Below are positions 62,968 to 64,000 of a stretch of DNA of 64,000 nt, one piece after another. The position numbers were made by a program, and so were the translations under genes. This stretch comes from a virus, in the IMG/VR virus record IMGVR_UViG_3300008050_000001, positions 4,615 to 68,614 of that record, one strand, 5' to 3'. The notes under the pieces were generated by a model. The model searched no databases, was not told the DNA's origin, and saw nothing but the letters and a program-made list of their open reading frames with translations. The stretch's first letter is position 1. Each line of letters begins with the position of its first letter.

Positions 62968-63482
62968 TAGTCACATTATCTGTTATTGTAGCAGTAATTA
63001 TTGTATCTATTGTTTGGGTGACGATAGCAAAAGTTATAGGTCAAAGGAACCCCTGTCCATCTATGAAGATGGGTAATCCCAATGAGAAGTTGATGTTGAC
63101 CTTCGGTATGGGGGTAGTTATGGCTTGGGTAGTTATAGCCGCATCAGCATCCTATTTTAGTATAGTAGAAGAGAGAGAGATTTCAGACAGCCAATTAACA
63201 GTAATTGGTCTATTGGGTGGTCCGGCTCTTCTTATCATCACATCTGTTCTTGATTTGTTCAAAGGCAAAGAAAGTGCTAAAATCAACATTTTACCTGAAC
63301 AACTTGCATCTGATGTTGCATCAGCAGAGGCTGAAAAGGCTCATGTAAGATTGTTGGAGGAAATTAAGATTAGGCATGACTTGGATATGGAAGCAATGTC
63401 GAAGGCTCACGAACTCAGAATGGAGGCATTTACAGTCACCGGCAACGATGACCACCACATGGATGCTTCTTCTGAGGAATGA
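62964..63482 (+). CDS. Membrane protein (three TM helices)
   Basis: Three hydrophobic segments followed by a coiled coil. Confidence 0.65.
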   Translation: MIVTLSVIVAVIIVSIVWVTIAKVIGQRNPCPSMKMGNPNEKLMLTFGMGVVMAWVVIAASASYFSIVEEREISDSQLTVIGLLGGPALLIITSVLDLFKGKESAKINILPEQLASDVASAEAEKAHVRLLEEIKIRHDLDMEAMSKAHELRMEAFTVTGNDDHHMDASSEE

Positions 63483-63546
63483 TGATGCACTACGACGGCA
63501 ACTCTATTTGGGTTTGGATTCTCAGAAAAATTGGGGTGTTAATCTA

Positions 63547-63885
63547 ATGTGGGAATATCAAGCAAAAGTCCTTAGGGTCGTAGACGGCGATACCGTAGAT
63601 GTGCGGGTAGATTTAGGCTTCAAAGTCCATTTCAATGTTCGTGTGCGTATGTATGGGATGAATGCTCCCGAATCAAGAACACGAAATAAAGAGGAAAAGA
63701 TTAGAGGCTTGGCGGCTAAAGAAAGATTGGAACAATTATTGGAAGATAAAGAAGTTGTAATTAAGTCGCATGGAGTTGGGAAGTTTGGTAGATGCCTTGG
63801 AACATTGTATGTTAATGAGAAGAATATCAACGCACAGTTGATAAGTGAGGGTCATGCTACAGAATACTATGGCGGCAAGAGGTGA
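63547..63885 (+). CDS. Thermonuclease (SNase family)
   Basis: VVDGDTV, VRMYGMNAPE, GKFGRCLG and LISEGHA. Confidence 0.9.
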   Translation: MWEYQAKVLRVVDGDTVDVRVDLGFKVHFNVRVRMYGMNAPESRTRNKEEKIRGLAAKERLEQLLEDKEVVIKSHGVGKFGRCLGTLYVNEKNINAQLISEGHATEYYGGKR

Positions 63886-63887
63886 AG

Positions 63888-64000
63888 ATGTTGAGTCAAG
63901 AAGAGGCAGATTCCATTATTGATACAATCAATGAGAGAGCGACTGAGGTTAGGCAACTAATCATCACGATAGGTTCTATCCTTGCACTTCTCATGCCCGC
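63888..64000 (+). CDS. Partial membrane protein running off the window
   Basis: GGTGA SD; MLSQEEAD...LIITIGSILALLMP. Confidence 0.5.
   Translation, partial: MLSQEEADSIIDTINERATEVRQLIITIGSILALLMP

Noticed and set aside
63376-63546. N-terminal extension of the thermonuclease
   Set aside because: It overlaps the upstream gene; the domain and SD-like signal fit ATG 63547.

Overview
A 64-kb segment of a tailed dsDNA virus (Caudoviricetes, long non-contractile tail) of an archaeal host, most likely a Magrovirus-like virus of Marine Group II/Poseidoniales. This is inferred from the archaeal-type replisome, GGTGA ribosome-binding sites and TATA-box promoters. Layout: (i) 1-25.8 kb, + strand, virion genes: collagen-like fibres, a methyltransferase and 2OG-Fe(II) oxygenase pair, adaptor, tail terminator, tail tube, tail chaperones with a -1 frameshift site, tape measure and a 2329-aa tail protein. 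(ii) 25.8-42.4 kb, - strand, replication and recombination: XPF/ERCC4 nuclease, PriS-PriL fusion primase, Cas4-like nuclease, PolB, PCNA-like clamp, ATPase, OB-fold SSB, RFC, dNMP kinase, short MCM and several small winged-helix-like proteins. (iii) 42.6-57.4 kb, - strand, early/accessory genes (HNH, DUF3846, DUF2958, MoxR-AAA+/VWA pair) with two hairpin-packed non-coding islands. (iv) 57.6-64 kb, packaging: an inverted terminase cassette, metallophosphoesterase, portal and thermonuclease. The strongest unexplained signal is a dispersed (T)TAGCAA(C)/(G)TTGCTA(A) motif, seen on both strands and in different reading frames and densest in the early/replication arm. It co-occurs with an expanded family of winged-helix-like proteins and one perfect GTTGCTATAGCAAC palindrome. 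Other leads are twin long palindromic elements (42.5 and 61.0 kb), GNA-triloop hairpins, a PAC2-like proteasome-chaperone homolog, an unannotated TFS-like zinc ribbon and apparent avoidance of several restriction sites. All calls are by eye; no searches or counts were run.
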